Below, in pieces: positions 13,170 through 25,759 of a stretch of 64,000 nt of DNA. This stretch comes from Octopus vulgaris (lineage: Eukaryota): contig OX597821.1 of the NCBI GenBank assembly GCA_951406725.2, positions 13,268,001-13,332,000 on the forward strand, read 5' to 3'. The notes below the pieces were generated by a model. It saw only the letters and a program-made list of their open reading frames with translations. It ran no database searches and had not been told where the DNA came from. Numbering within the stretch: the stretch's first letter is position 1; the number at the start of each line of letters is the position of its first letter. A program made the translations under genes and the position numbers.

Positions 13170-13677
13170 TCTCTATATCTATAAACGGCAAAATATCTGT
13201 GTATCTGTGTGTCTGTGTGTCCTTTATACAAATCCACAGTTTTTCACGTAAAAGGCTCGCATTTTCTATGGGCTTTGAAACCTGTCTAGGGGTGGTGGTG
13301 AATATCTTTTCCTTTTCCCCAGTCACCCTAGAAAGCCATTTAAAAATTGATAAACCGACCCCATATGCCCATAAGTTATTTTGCGGCCAAATTCGAGTTT
13401 TTCGTTTTCTTCTGCCACCTTTTTTGTTCGACTAATGGCATGTGCACAGTCTCGCTAAATTTCCATGATTATGCCGTTCCAGGTGTGAAAACCGAAGTCC
13501 AATGAATATTAATTACTCTCATAAAAAGCTCCAACTAGCTCATAAATAACAAAATTGGCCCGGGCTGAAATGTGATAAGAAACTCAGCTCTTGATTTAGT
13601 GAGAAATTTTTACTGCGACCCGGCAACAAACAGCAAGCACTAGCATTAGACCCAGCAACACCGGGTCATAGTGCTAG
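13170..13677 (+). mobile_element. Non-autonomous Helitron
   Basis: 5' TC after host A, (CTGT/GT)n near the 5' end, 3' GC-rich hairpin gacccagcaacaccgggtc followed by CTAG then host T; no TSD. Confidence 0.8.
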
Positions 13678-13842
13678 TTTGATGAAAGATAAGTCGACCT
13701 ACGTAGAAAGTAAGTTAATGATCGCATTTCTTATTCCCATAGAATATTCAATTACGTTACAATATTGTACACTAAAAAGTCTCCTGGTAAGTTTTTGATT
13801 CATATATGGTTGTACCAATATCAGTATAAATATACTTTCAAA

Positions 13843-13879
<37 letters not shown>

Positions 13880-13884
13880 AACAA

Positions 13885-14016
<132 letters not shown>

Positions 14017-14430
14017 TTCTCTGGTTTCAGATCAAGAGCTGCAGTTATGCAGGGGTACCACCGTTTGCTTTACTACACTTTCACTAAGCCTCTTCTGATG
14101 TGTGACAATAGATGGATGAAGGAGTTTGATGGGACTACCCTCATCTGCGCTTCTTGCTCATCCGGAACTCTCGTTAGAAGCATAATATTGTTTTAAAGAC
14201 GCCTCCATCCACCACATGTAGGTCTCTCGGGCTTCGTGGGAGGATATTGAAGAGTTGTGGACCTTTGAAAGCCAAGCTGTTGTAGTATCTAGTTCTGTAT
14301 CTTCGGTGGTAATGTTGGGATTTTGCCCCGTTCTGCTGTTTGAGTAACTGACAATGCCAAATTTTGGTACAAGTTCTCGGATTTTCCAGATCTGTATCAC
14401 AGTAAATTTTTCCTACCATCGTTCTAGGCA
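14017..14430 (-). mobile_element. CR1-group LINE 3' end (ORF2 C-terminus and 3' UTR)
   Basis: IQIWKIRELVPKFGI, NSLAFKGPQLFNILP and FLTRVPDE are typical of a CR1/L2-group ORF2 C-terminus; the 3' UTR resembles the SINE A tail. Confidence 0.75.
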
Positions 14431-14446
14431 GTAGGCTTAACTTTTC

Positions 14447-14447
<1 letters not shown>

Positions 14448-14528
<81 letters not shown>
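14448..14528. repeat. (CT)n microsatellite
   Basis: Directly visible. Confidence 0.95.
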
Positions 14529-14529
<1 letters not shown>

Positions 14530-14531
<2 letters not shown>

Positions 14532-15526
14532 ATTGACACGCGACATTGTGACGATCTCTGTGTAGCTACTATGGATTGCTTCGAGCTCCGTCTTTAATTT
14601 TACAGTGTGGTGACTATAGCCGGGAGCAGTACAAATATCTTCCAGAGGACCATCTTTCATCTTGAAATCAAAGATGCTCGTTCTTCTTCTGGCACTGCCT
14701 TAAGCCGTTCAAGCTGGTCGCAGTAGATCTCCTTTGTTATCGTTTGGTTTGGGTTTAAAAGTTCAAAGTCGACTAAACGTTTCATATCCCACCAAACAGA
14801 TAACAACACTTTACGTGGGTGAAGATCTTCCTTAGCCTGGGTTGCCGGTCTTTCTCCTTTCTCTACTCCCTGCCTTCGGTGCTTACATTTTTATAGAGAA
14901 ACCATTTCTCGTTACCAGTCAGTGAGACGGGACAGCAAAGAAGAGCACAAGTGCACTCTCTGCGGGCGATTAGACTCGGAACGTTTGTAAGGAACCCATG
15001 GACTCAATTTGCTGACTCTTCCGATGGCACACGGGTGTCGATGAATGGTTGAATGACCAAATCCAAGATTCTCTGCTAGTTCCTCTAGTGTTACGACGGG
15101 ATTTTGTTCCACCAGGGTTTCCAGGACGTCCTCGTCGAGCTCTAAAGATCTTCCAGGACGAACCTTATCTTCTAAAATTTAGCTACCAGCTAGAAATTTC
15201 TAGAATCACCTTTGACACTGGCTTAGGCTTATTATCCGATCCCCATATACCGTATTAATACTCCTCGCATTTTCCGTTGCACTGTTGCCTTTATTGAACT
15301 CATAAAGTAAAATATGCCGAATATGCTCCTTTGTCACTTCTATTATAGTTTTGAAAATATAACTGTTAAAATCGAACTGCACTCTTCAAAACTTGCACTA
15401 AGAATAAGCACAAGGTAAAATTGCTACCTGATTTTATAGCAAGTTAATGCAAGTTGTTTATCCCGTTACCCTCCGACTTTTAGTTCATGCAACTGAAAAA
15501 GCTGCATTATTTATGGGATGACCCAA
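14530..15526 (-). mobile_element. Mariner-type transposon, degraded and 3'-truncated
   Basis: TA followed by TIR ttgggtcatcccataaataat. Transposase remnants: EHIRHILLYEFNKG, TLEELAENLGFGHSTIHRH, WVPYK (cf. WVPHEL) and HPRKVLLSVWWDMK. Confidence 0.88.
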
Positions 15527-15538
15527 TATATGTATGTA

Positions 15539-15909
15539 GGCGCAGGTATGTGTGGTATGAAGCTTGATTTCCAACTAAATGGTTTCGAGTTCATTCCCAC
15601 AGTGCGGCACCTTGGGCAAGTGTATTCTACTGTAGCCTCTGGCCGACCAAAGCCTTTTGAGTAGATTTGGTAGACGGAAACTGAAAGAAGCCCTTCGTTT
15701 ATATATATGTGTGTGTATGTGTGTGTGTCCATCACCGTTTGACAAATGGTGTTTACGACTCCATGACTTAGCGGTTCGGCAAAGAGCCCGATAGACTAAG
15801 TACCAGACTTAACAAAATAATAAGTACTGGGGTTGATTCATTTGACTAAAACAAATTGTTCAAGGCGGTGCCCCAGCTTGGCCGTCGTTTAATGACTGAC
15901 ACAAGCAAA
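15539..15909 (+). mobile_element. SINE family A
   Basis: Head, core and tail all match family A. Confidence 0.85.
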
Positions 15910-15944
15910 TTATATATATATGAATGTACGTATGTATACAGATA

Positions 15945-16087
15945 GGCGCAGGAGTGGCTGTGTGGTAAGTAGCTTGCTAACCAACCACATGCTTCCGGGT
16001 TCAGTCCCACTGCGTGGCATCTTGGGCAAGTGTCTTCTGCTATCCTTGTGAGTGGATTTGGTAGACGGAAACTGAAAGAAGCCTGTC

Positions 16088-16133
<46 letters not shown>

Positions 16134-16352
16134 GTGTATATGTTTGTGTTTGTCCCCCTAGCATTGCTTGACAACCGATGCTGGTGTGTTTACGTCCCCA
16201 TCACTTAGCGGTTCGGCAAAAAGAGACCGATAGAATAAGTACTGGGCTTACAAAAAGAATAAGTCCCGGGGTCGAGTTGCTCGACTAAAGGCGGTGCTCC
16301 AGCATGGCCGCAGTCAAATGACTGAAACAAGTAAAAGAGTAAAAGAATAAAA
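15945..16352 (+). mobile_element. SINE family A, young copy with small internal deletion
   Basis: ggcgcaggagtggctgtgtggtaag...gggttcagtcccactgcg...ctgaaacaagtaaaagag. Confidence 0.9.
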
Positions 16353-16371
16353 GATATATATATATTTTTTT

Positions 16372-16445
16372 TTTTCTCTATTACCCACAAGGGGCTAAAC
16401 ACAGAGGGGACAAACAAGGACAGACAAACGGATTAAGCCGATTAT
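16372..16445 (-). mobile_element. SINE family B alternative 3' tail
   Basis: Reverse of atccgtttgtctgtccttg...gccccttgtgggcagtaaagaaa at 26660-26722. Confidence 0.7.
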
Positions 16446-16529
16446 ATATATACTTTAGCATGGCCATAGTCTAGTGACTGAAACAAGCAAAAGATATATA
16501 TATATATGTATGTATACAGGTATATATAC

Positions 16530-16576
<47 letters not shown>

Positions 16577-17279
16577 TATATATGTATGAATATATATATA
16601 TATATTTGTGTGTGTGTGTGTGTGTGTTTGTAGGTAGGAAGAGAGATACATACAATCAGCCAATTACATATATACGCACACACATCATCAAATGTGAGAA
16701 TGCTGCACGTAACCAGGCTATCATAACATTTATCGTGATCATAGGGAATGCACATTAGTTTTATCTCTTGAAAATAATTAATATCGCTGGTCTCTTAGAT
16801 AAAGTTAATGTATTTGATTTGCATCATTCAACATCAGTCAATGTTCATTACTGAAAACTAAGGTTTCTGTTATATCTTTTAGCAGCATATCAACGAAGAT
16901 ATTTGATATCATCTGGCATGGTCAGTAAACTCTTAAAACCCTGTGTACTGGGATATGATTTTTTTTTGTTATATGATGGTTGTAGTGATATCTTTCACCG
17001 TTGTATGCCGAATGTCTAGCTTTCATTATTTAATTACTGCCTTCGTAAAAGCATACTGTGGAGTTAATTACATTTTCGTTTCTTACATGATTTGCAAATA
17101 ACTATACAATACCAGTATATTTCCATTCACGGGAGTGTTTTAACCATTTGTTGTTGAATTTATAAGTGTGTGTGTGAGGGGGTGTGTGTGTGAGTGTGTG
17201 TATGTGTGTGTGTATGTGTGTGTGTGTGCGTGTGTGTGTGTGTGTCTGTGTGTGTGTCTGTGTGTGTGTGAATATATTG

Positions 17280-17690
17280 AGGCACAGGCTTGGCTGTGTG
17301 GTAAGAAATTTGCTTCCCAACCACATGGTTCTGGGTTCAGTCCCAGTGTGTGGAACCTTGAGTAAGTGTCTTCTACTATAACCAAGGACTGACTAAAGCC
17401 TCGGGAGTGGATTTTGCAGATGGAAACTGAAAGAATCCCGTAGCATATGTGTGTGTGTGCGTTTCTTCGTGCATGTGTTTGTCACTACCGCCACCAGAGC
17501 TTGTCAACCGGTGTCGGTGTGTTCCCACAAGCTAGCGTTTCGGCAATGGAGAACGATGGAATAGGTACCAGACTTTCTGAAAAAAAGAAAGTGGTGAGGT
17601 CGATAAATTCGACTAAATTCCTTCAAGGCGGTGCTCTAGCATGGCCACACTCTAATGCCTGAAACAAATAAACGATAATAGATAAAAGAC
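17280..17690 (+). mobile_element. SINE family A, diverged
   Basis: Head, core and tail homology to family A. Confidence 0.8.
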
Positions 17691-17699
17691 ATATATATC

Positions 17700-17730
<31 letters not shown>

Positions 17731-17944
17731 TACATATATATATATACATATATATACATACATATGCATACATACATATACATACATATATATATATATA
17801 TATATACATACACATAAATATATATATGCATATATGTATATACATATATATACATATATATACATATATAATACATATATATATACATATATACATACAT
17901 ATTTATATACATACATATATATACATACATACATATATATATGC

Positions 17945-18014
<70 letters not shown>

Positions 18015-18061
18015 GCATGCATGCATGCATACATACATACATACATACATACATACATACA

Positions 18062-18095
<34 letters not shown>
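17690..18095. repeat. (TA)/(TACA)n microsatellite
   Basis: Directly visible. Confidence 0.95.
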
Positions 18096-18096
<1 letters not shown>

Positions 18097-19060
18097 GTAG
18101 AGGTTATATTTTGTATGAGACTTGAAGATACTGGAGAATACCGGAAAATACTGGAAGATACCTTTTTCAGAGTATCTACATATCAAAACGGAAGACCGAA
18201 ATAAATGTTTGCTATTATTTGTCTCCCATTACATGTGTTTCATAACCTAATACAAGTTACATAGGTATATATGTAGAAAAACGTGTAAGAACCCGCCTAG
18301 TAGTGATTCTTCAGTCGGAAATCTTTGCATTGTTCCAAATAATCACGAATGAGGTGGGGGGGGGGGTTTAACGGTAACAGGAAACTCTGAGTAACTTTAT
18401 TTGAAGTGTTTCCTGCTTCAATAAAATTCTATTTTACACTACCTTTAATATTATTTTTATATTTCCGCCACCCTCTTGCTCTGCGCCTATATAGTGCGCA
18501 CACAAACACACACCCACGCACCCATAAATAAATTATTGGTCAAAATAACACATCGCTTTAGATATTCATAAGATGTTCTTTAATATATATAAGACAAGTG
18601 TGAACTATTATTGAATATTATTTTGGCAATGCTTCTTAGCAGTGGATTGATTACACTCCTTGTAAGTATCTTATTACGGATTAACACGTTCTGGATTCAC
18701 TATCGCCAACAGTTGTCTTCACCTTCTGTTTTTGAGGTTTATACAATGCTATGATAAAAAAAAACTATCATAAACCGGAAATCGATATACACGACCGAAC
18801 CCTTTTCTTAATTACGCTTATACTCAAAGTCATTATAGGTGAAATACCAACTTTCCAGACACAGATGATCCAGAACCTCTTCTAATCTCCACTAATTATG
18901 AGCAGGAACTTGAAATTCTCGCGGTTGCCAAATTCGTTTACTGGGCAATCCTGTTTCACAGTAGCTTGCACATTTTTAATGAACGGGAACAATTTATATT
19001 AATGTGCAGGTACCTGAATTTCATTTAATTATTGAAATAAACTTAATATTTGATTAATTT

Positions 19061-19285
19061 AAGGCGGAGAGTAAGCAGAATCATTATCAAGCCGTGCAAA
19101 AGATTCTTAGCGGCATTTCGTCTGTCTTAGTTCATATTCTGAGTCCATATTCCACCGAGGTCGAATTTGCCTTTCATCCTTTAGGGTTCGATGAATTAAG
19201 TACCACTGATGTACTGGGGCCGATGTAATCGACTTAGCTTCTCCCCCGGAACTGCTGGTCTTGTGTCGAAATTTGAAAACGATAT
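19061..19285 (+). mobile_element. SINE family B
   Basis: aaggcggagagtaagcagaa...gaggtcgaatttgcctttcatcc...aatttgaaaac. Confidence 0.8.
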
Positions 19286-19549
19286 CTGTTTAATTTAGAG
19301 GGGATCACGTCTGGTCCGGAAAAATTAGTAATCCGGAAATGATTTGGAACAAAAGGTTCCTGAAACTCGATGTCTTACCTGTATTTTTTGTCGCTATAGT
19401 GATAAAAGGAAAAAGATTGATATGAATTTGAACTCAGAAACGCGAAATAACTAAACTATAAAACGAACGGATAACCGCCCTCTACTCCATGTCTCATCTA
19501 TGTTACAACAGAAATTTCTTTGTTAAGATATTTAGTTGATAACGCGATA

Positions 19550-19842
19550 CGTTGGTACTTGTCTGGTACTTTATTTTATTGACCCTGAAAGAAGGAAAAG
19601 CAAAGTTAACGTTGGTGGGTTTTGAACTTAGAAGAGAGTCGAAGCGAGTGCATAGTGGCGATTTTGTAGTCTATAGCTTGTTAGGCTATAGTACATGAAT
19701 GGTACTTTAATTTATCGGTACCGAAATACTAAAAAAGAAAGTTGACTGCGAAGGAATTTGAACTCAGAACATAAAGAACTGGAAAGCATGCAGCGTGGCT
19801 TTTTTTCCGACATTCTAACGAATTCTGCCAACCCATCGTCCT
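19550..19842 (-). mobile_element. Two degenerate SINE family B fragments
   Basis: ggtacttta...gaaa...aaagtt(a/g)ac...tttgaact occurs twice in reverse orientation. Confidence 0.6.
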
Positions 19843-19864
19843 ACTGTAATTATTTTCTTTTTAT

Positions 19865-20061
19865 TTTTATTTGTTTCAGTCATTTGACTGCGGCCATGCT
19901 GGAGCACCTTTAGTCGAACAAATCGACCCCAGGACTTATTCTTCGTAAGCCTAGAACTTATACTATCGGTCTCTCCTGTGGAACCGCTAAGTTACGAGGA
20001 TGTAAACACACCAGCATCGGTTGTTAAGTGATGTTGAGGGGAAAAACACGCACACGCACAT

Positions 20062-20090
<29 letters not shown>
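19865..20090 (-). mobile_element. SINE family A, 3' half
   Basis: tttcagtcatttgactgcggccatgctggagcacc...acaccagcatcggttg. Confidence 0.85.
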
Positions 20091-20092
<2 letters not shown>

Positions 20093-23000
20093 AAATGCTT
20101 TAGACTGGTCTAAATGTACCAGTGTCCCCCCCCCTGCGCCAGAAAGCTTTCCTACCCTCTCTAAGGAGTAGCGTATAAGGTGGAGATTGTCGTGCATCGT
20201 CCTGCCCGGTATAGTGCACGTTTGCGCTTCCCCTACAAGTCTTCCCACGACCCACGCCAATCTTTAACTCTGTGTTTAGCGGAGTTATGGGCCAGAAATT
20301 CCATATTTCGTCCCCCTTGCTCGGGTACTTCCTGATCAACGTCACCACCCCTGGCTCGCAGACTTGGGAATTCTCCCATTCTGCCGCCAGTTGGCGTAGT
20401 TGCTGGCCAGCAGGTGCCCGAAAAAGTCTGGCATACTTTTGTAGATTTCATAAGGCAGACCATCGAGACCCGGTGACTTCTCATGGCATTACGGAGGTCC
20501 TGTTGCTGGATGCCTGTATCCCTGGAGATTACATCAGGGTAGGAGAGTGTGCGCCCTCTAGTATTGCGAGTAGATGGCTTCCAGAGGAGAAGAGTAGAAA
20601 TTGCCTCGTTTTCAGCTCTACAACAATGTCCAGCAAACTGGACTCTCCTACCCTTCACAAGAGATGACACAGGTGGTAGTTTCCCATATATTTGCATTTT
20701 GGTTGGATGACGCTTCCACGAGAGATTTTGAGCTCTCATAAGGAGGCGAGTGTAGGTTCCATCCAGCCGCCTCTCAAGCTTCTTTGATAACGTCCAGGTT
20801 TCTGAGCCATATTATAGAATTGGTTCGACAGTGGCTTTGAAGATTTCAAGTTTGAAGTCTCTACTTAGATTTAATGACCAGAACATATGCATGTCATTAC
20901 AGGCTGACCAGACCATACCCTTTCTAGTTAGAAAATCTTTTCCAGATGATGATATGTATGACCCAAGATATTTGTAATCAGAAACCATATTTAAGGGTGC
21001 ATTGTTGAGAGTATGGATGATGCAATCACTGTTGGACAGGCACTTGTTTATATATTCAGTCCTGGCCTCATTGAGGTAAAGAACTACACAATTTGAGGCT
21101 TGTTCGAGAGATTGTAAAAGAGACTGGGCATTGGAGAGAGAATCACTGATAAGAGCGATGTCGTCAGCAAAGTCAGTGTCTGTCAAGTATTCAGCTGGGT
21201 GTCTGGAACTTCTTCTTGATTTTATTTCAAAGTCCTTGCCAGAGATGGTATCAACTGACATACGTAGCACATAGTCAACGACTATGATGAAAAGAAATGG
21301 GGCGAGTGTGTCTCCCTGCAGTATTCCGGCTTTGATTGAGAAAGATGATGCTTCTCCGTCAGGGGTTAAGATGGTTGAAGACGTATCTGTGTAGAGGACC
21401 TTGATGGCAGAAATAATTTTGTCTGGTATCCTATAGAGCTTAAGGATTTCAAACATCTTGTACCTATCTACAGAGTCGAACGCTTTAGAAAAGTCTACAA
21501 ATACCATTGCAAGTTCGCGATTAAATGCTTTTGATTCTTCAATAAGTCTGCGTAGGCATAGTATCTGGCTCAGCGTTGAGGCCCATGTCTGAATCCATTT
21601 TGGTTCTTTCGGAGCAAAGGTTCAACAAAAAGGACAAGGCGATTTAGAATCAGTTTGTTGTACAGTTTTGCAGCAAGTGACATTAGAGATATACCCCTGT
21701 AGTTGGTGATGAGGGATAAATCGCCTTTTTGGGGTATTGGGATGATTTGAGATTGGTGCCAACCTTAATGCCTCCTCTAGGTCCTTAACTTGTTTCCCTT
21801 CTATTCTGGCCTTATCTAGTCTTAGCTGATCGCTAAGCCTAATAGACTCAAAACGAATGGCTCTCTTGAGGACGAACCACTGCCGGTTACTAACCACAGC
21901 GCCAGTTAACGCCATCTGTACTAATTCCTTTATTCGGCTACGGTTTGCCTCGCAAGACAAAATAGACTTGTTCAGCTTCCAGTAGCCGGATCCTCTCTTA
22001 ATTGTACCAGCTATGTCCAGTCTACACTTGGCCATTCTATGGTCAGTGTAAGCTACTTGAACAAGTTATGGACAGCTAAAACTAGCCTTATCTCTAGTGT
22101 TTGGGAGCGGGCATCACAGTTAGTGGAGTGGGACTTTTTGTCACTGTAGGAACTAATGTGTGTGCGGGTTTGGGGTCATTTTTTGCAGTTGAGAGGCCTG
22201 GTGTCTGCCTAACATTTTTCCTCTGTTCATAATCCACATGAATGTGGCTCTTTTTGCTACATTCGTAGCACGTGGGCTTTTTGCCTTCTACTTGTATTTT
22301 GAGGACAATTTCCTCACACAGGAGCACTCTATCTGGAAGTATTTCAATATCTTCCTGAGGCCCCTGAGTAATTGCAGTAATACCCGAGCCGATTTTGGAG
22401 AGCAGAGCATGTAATCTGGAAGAAGTTGATTTTATCCGTCCTGTTATACAGCGGCTATCACCTCCCTTGCATCAATTTCAGGTGGTACTTCTGTCACATT
22501 TATACGGGCAGTACATCTCCCCATGTAGGTTGGCAGAAGCACCACCTCCTTCGTTTTCAGGGGGCTCACTGAGTACTCTTTGGCCTTTTTCTCTGATTCG
22601 AACCTAGTCTCGATTGTGCCATACATCCGGCCCCTTGTTATATATTTCACGTCCTTCCATATTGGAGTCAGACATTTCTCGATCTTGTTTTATTCAAAGT
22701 GCTTGAACTTCTTCGTTTCCGGACAGTACGTTTTAAAAACGACTGTCCGTTTCCTCAACTCTTCGACGTTGGAGGAGGGTGATAGCTTTACATCACCACC
22801 CTCCTCTTTCATTCTTCCCAAAAGCTCATCGAGCTTTTCTATCGGTATGAAGATGCTTTCTGTTGCTACCATGCAACTGCAGCAAATTTCTTCAACGGCT
22901 GATCGTTTTCACAACTCTCTTTGAAGGTACATTTTTCTCATTTTTCTCGAATTTTTTCAACCTATATACTCGGCGAAAATTAATTCCACACACAAAAACA

Positions 23001-23360
23001 GCAAAATATAATTATAGTAAATAATTTTCCTCAAAAATGGAAACCTATAAGTTTTTTCCTCTAAAAGAGGACGACAGTTCAAATCCCGCCCCGCCGGGGG
23101 TGGGGCGCAACAATAAAGCCTACAAAGGCTTTACAAAGTTCAATTTTTTAATAACACAAATTCAAAATTAAAAACTGTCAAAATGGCTTCACAAAAAACA
23201 ATTCTTACACCCCGGCACCTTGAAACAGCACAATTCCACAAATATTCACAGTTCAGCGACAGTATAACAGTTTATAAATCCAACAGCAATTCAACAATTA
23301 AAGGCTTCAACAAAATGTCAAAATTCCTCACCAACATAGCAAAAACATGTCCGACAACAA
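20093..23360 (-). mobile_element. Tx1/L1-clade LINE, internally deleted and degraded
   Basis: ORF1-like region with a zinc-knuckle remnant (KPTCYECSKKSH). APE end reads TDHRMAKC..GSGYWKLNKSIL. RT start reads KSPGLDGLPYE, NFWPITPLNTELKI, QTCTIPGRTMHDNLHLIR and LDQSKAF. Confidence 0.75.
20482..21761 (-). mobile_element. RTE-clade LINE RT segment embedded in the Tx1-like element
   Basis: IIPIPQKGDLSLITNYRGISL, FVDFSKAFDSVDR, GILQGDTLAPFLFIIVVDY, FADDIAL, YKYLGS and RRVQFAGHCCR. Confidence 0.85.
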
Positions 23361-23361
23361 G

Positions 23362-23405
23362 ACATGGAAGCAAGCTACTTACCACACAGCCACTCATGCG
23401 CCTAT
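23362..23405 (-). mobile_element. SINE family A head fragment
   Basis: aagcaagctacttaccacacagccactcatgcgcc. Confidence 0.7.
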
Positions 23406-23419
23406 GGTTACTATGGTTA

Positions 23420-23830
23420 CAGATTTTGGCTCAACGATAGCAATTTTAGGATGAAGCGAATTAATCTATGACACGATGCTAGGACTTGACTGGTATTTCA
23501 ATTCATCGATCCTGAAAGGATAAAAGGCAAAGTTGACGTCGGTGGAATTTGAACTCAAACATTAAAGAGCCGAAAATATGCTGATATGCATCCTGTCCGA
23601 CGCGCTAACGATTTTATCAGCTCGCCACTTTACAATAATATAATTCTTTCTATTATATGTACAAGGAAGGTGAGGTGCTAGTTGATTATATCGACCCCAG
23701 TGCTCAACTGGAACTTATTTTATCGGCCCCGAAAGGATGAAAGACAAAGTCAATGTCTACGGAATTTGAACTCAGAACATAGAAACGGACAAAATGCCGC
23801 GAAGCATTTTGGCCAGCGTGTAATAAATGG
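23420..23830 (-). mobile_element. Two tandem SINE family B copies
   Basis: gaaaggat(a/g)aaag(g/a)caaagt..a.gtc...ggaatttgaactca occurs twice. Confidence 0.75.
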
Positions 23831-24559
23831 CCACTCGTAGTTATAACTTCGTACTCGAAATACGAGGAGTTAAGGAAGTTACTAGTTTCAACAAAAGAAT
23901 AATATTCAAGCAATGATGGAGAAAACCTATGATCAAAGACAAACTAGCCGTGAACCATCTTCTAAATTCTCTTAAAGAGTAATCTGAAATTAATATTCCC
24001 GATATAAGCGAAAAGAAAAAAAAAGGAAAAACAAAAAAACACGTTTTTGCGGAGAAGTCATTTCATAGTAAAATGTTTGATTATAACTCAAGTGATTGCA
24101 CTGCATGCATATAATGAGCTTTCTCTATCATAGAATCTGTAGAATTTCCACTTTATTATTGGTTTTCTGGAATTGTGTATGCCTAGCAACCAAAATATAC
24201 CTGAATTTTTAACGTCAAGAAAGCAATATTTTGATTGATCAGCCAGCTTTATCTTCCAGCTTATAAATGGGGGGAAAAAATCATTCCTTTGATGAAGAAC
24301 AATGTTACAAATTTAAGGAAGGGCTATAGTAAATTAAAAGTACTTTGTATATTGCTTGTTCTAATTTTATCGAAACTGAAGATATGAGAGATAAAAGCAG
24401 CTTCGAAACAATGGCAATCCAGCCATCAAATTACTTGCTGTACAGAAACTTATGTGGTTCCTGTCAATAGTCAGGAAATACACCGCACATACACATACAT
24501 GCATGCATAATGCATACGTATATACATAGACGCACACACTCACACAGAAGAAAGACAAG

Positions 24560-25002
24560 ATATTTCTATTTTATGCACAAAGCCAGCAATTTCTTGATAC
24601 GTATTAATCAATGCCATCGACCCAGTACTTGAATAGTGATTTATTTTATCGATCTCGAAAGAATGAAAGAAAAAGGTGATCTCAACAGAATTTGGATTCA
24701 GAATATAAGATGTTATAGAAGTACTGCAAGTTATTTTGTTCCGGCATTCTAATGCTTCTTTCAGTCAACCATTCCTTACAATAAAGAGAAAATGATTTCT
24801 GATTTTGGAACAAAGCTAACAATTTTCAGTCGATGTCACCGATCCTGGTATATTATCTCCTCGAACCCGGAAGGAGGAAGCCGAAGTTGACCTCAGCGGG
24901 ACTCGAACACTATACATAAAGATCTTAACTAACTACTAGGGAACGACAAACACAATGAATTTTTTCCGGCACTCTAACAATTTTGGTAGTCCACCACCCC
25001 TA
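24560..25002 (-). mobile_element. Two diverged SINE family B copies
   Basis: Reverse-orientation family B motifs occur twice. Confidence 0.6.
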
Positions 25003-25049
25003 CATAAAAAAAAACGCAGTTAATAATATATTATATATTACACTTCACG

Positions 25050-25290
25050 TGGAGACATATAGCCTAGTGGTTAGAGCAGCGAACTCTCGTTCGAGGGATC
25101 GCAGGCTCGAATCTCAGCCCGGGCGATGTATTAGTTTATGAGCGAAACACCTAAGCTCCACGCGGCTCCAGCAGAAGGTAATGGCGAATTTCTGCTGACA
25201 TTTTCGCCACAACTTTCTCTCACTCTTTCCTCTTGCAGCTCACCTGCGACGGACCGGCGTCCCATTCAGGCGTGGCTCGAGAAGGAACAT
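25050..25290 (+). mobile_element. SINE family D (tRNA head, V-domain-like segment)
   Basis: A box tagcctagtgg, B box ggctcgaatct and gcgacggaccggcgtccc; homologous to 58572-58808 and shares its head with family C. Confidence 0.75.
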
Positions 25291-25759
25291 ACAGCGTTAC
25301 ACTGCACACTTGTTTTATAGTATATTTACTAATAATCCTTTATGTTCTGAGTTCAAATCACACTGATCTGAGGCCAGCTTTGCTATTCGTTTTCTCAGGG
25401 TCTATTAAATATATACTAGTCACGTATTGCGTTCCACTTTACTAGACTCTCATCCACAATGTTTTTTGCAGTGTATCCATGTTCAATATCAGTATTATAT
25501 GAGGAAACTAGCTACCACAGAAACCTCTACATAATTGCCTTACCAAATAGAAATAGGAATCAAATCTTCGTGAAGTGACATCCAAACGCCATATATCAGG
25601 GAGAACACATACAATAAATACAGTCCTGCATACAGTATATTTGGGGGGAAAAAACTAGATCATTCATAACTAGTTTATCTTTGATTATGGGTATATTAAT
25701 CGATCAGGACTGATCAGGGCAATGACAATAGCAAAATAATTATTTTAATTAAAGGTAAG

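Noticed and set aside
18122-18165. Short ~10-bp tandem repeat (gaagatactg-like, four units) as a CRISPR-like array
   Set aside because: No spacers, too short, eukaryotic context and no cas genes.
18378-18415. Small hairpin caggaaac...gtttcctg
   Set aside because: The stem is short enough to arise by chance and has no supporting context.
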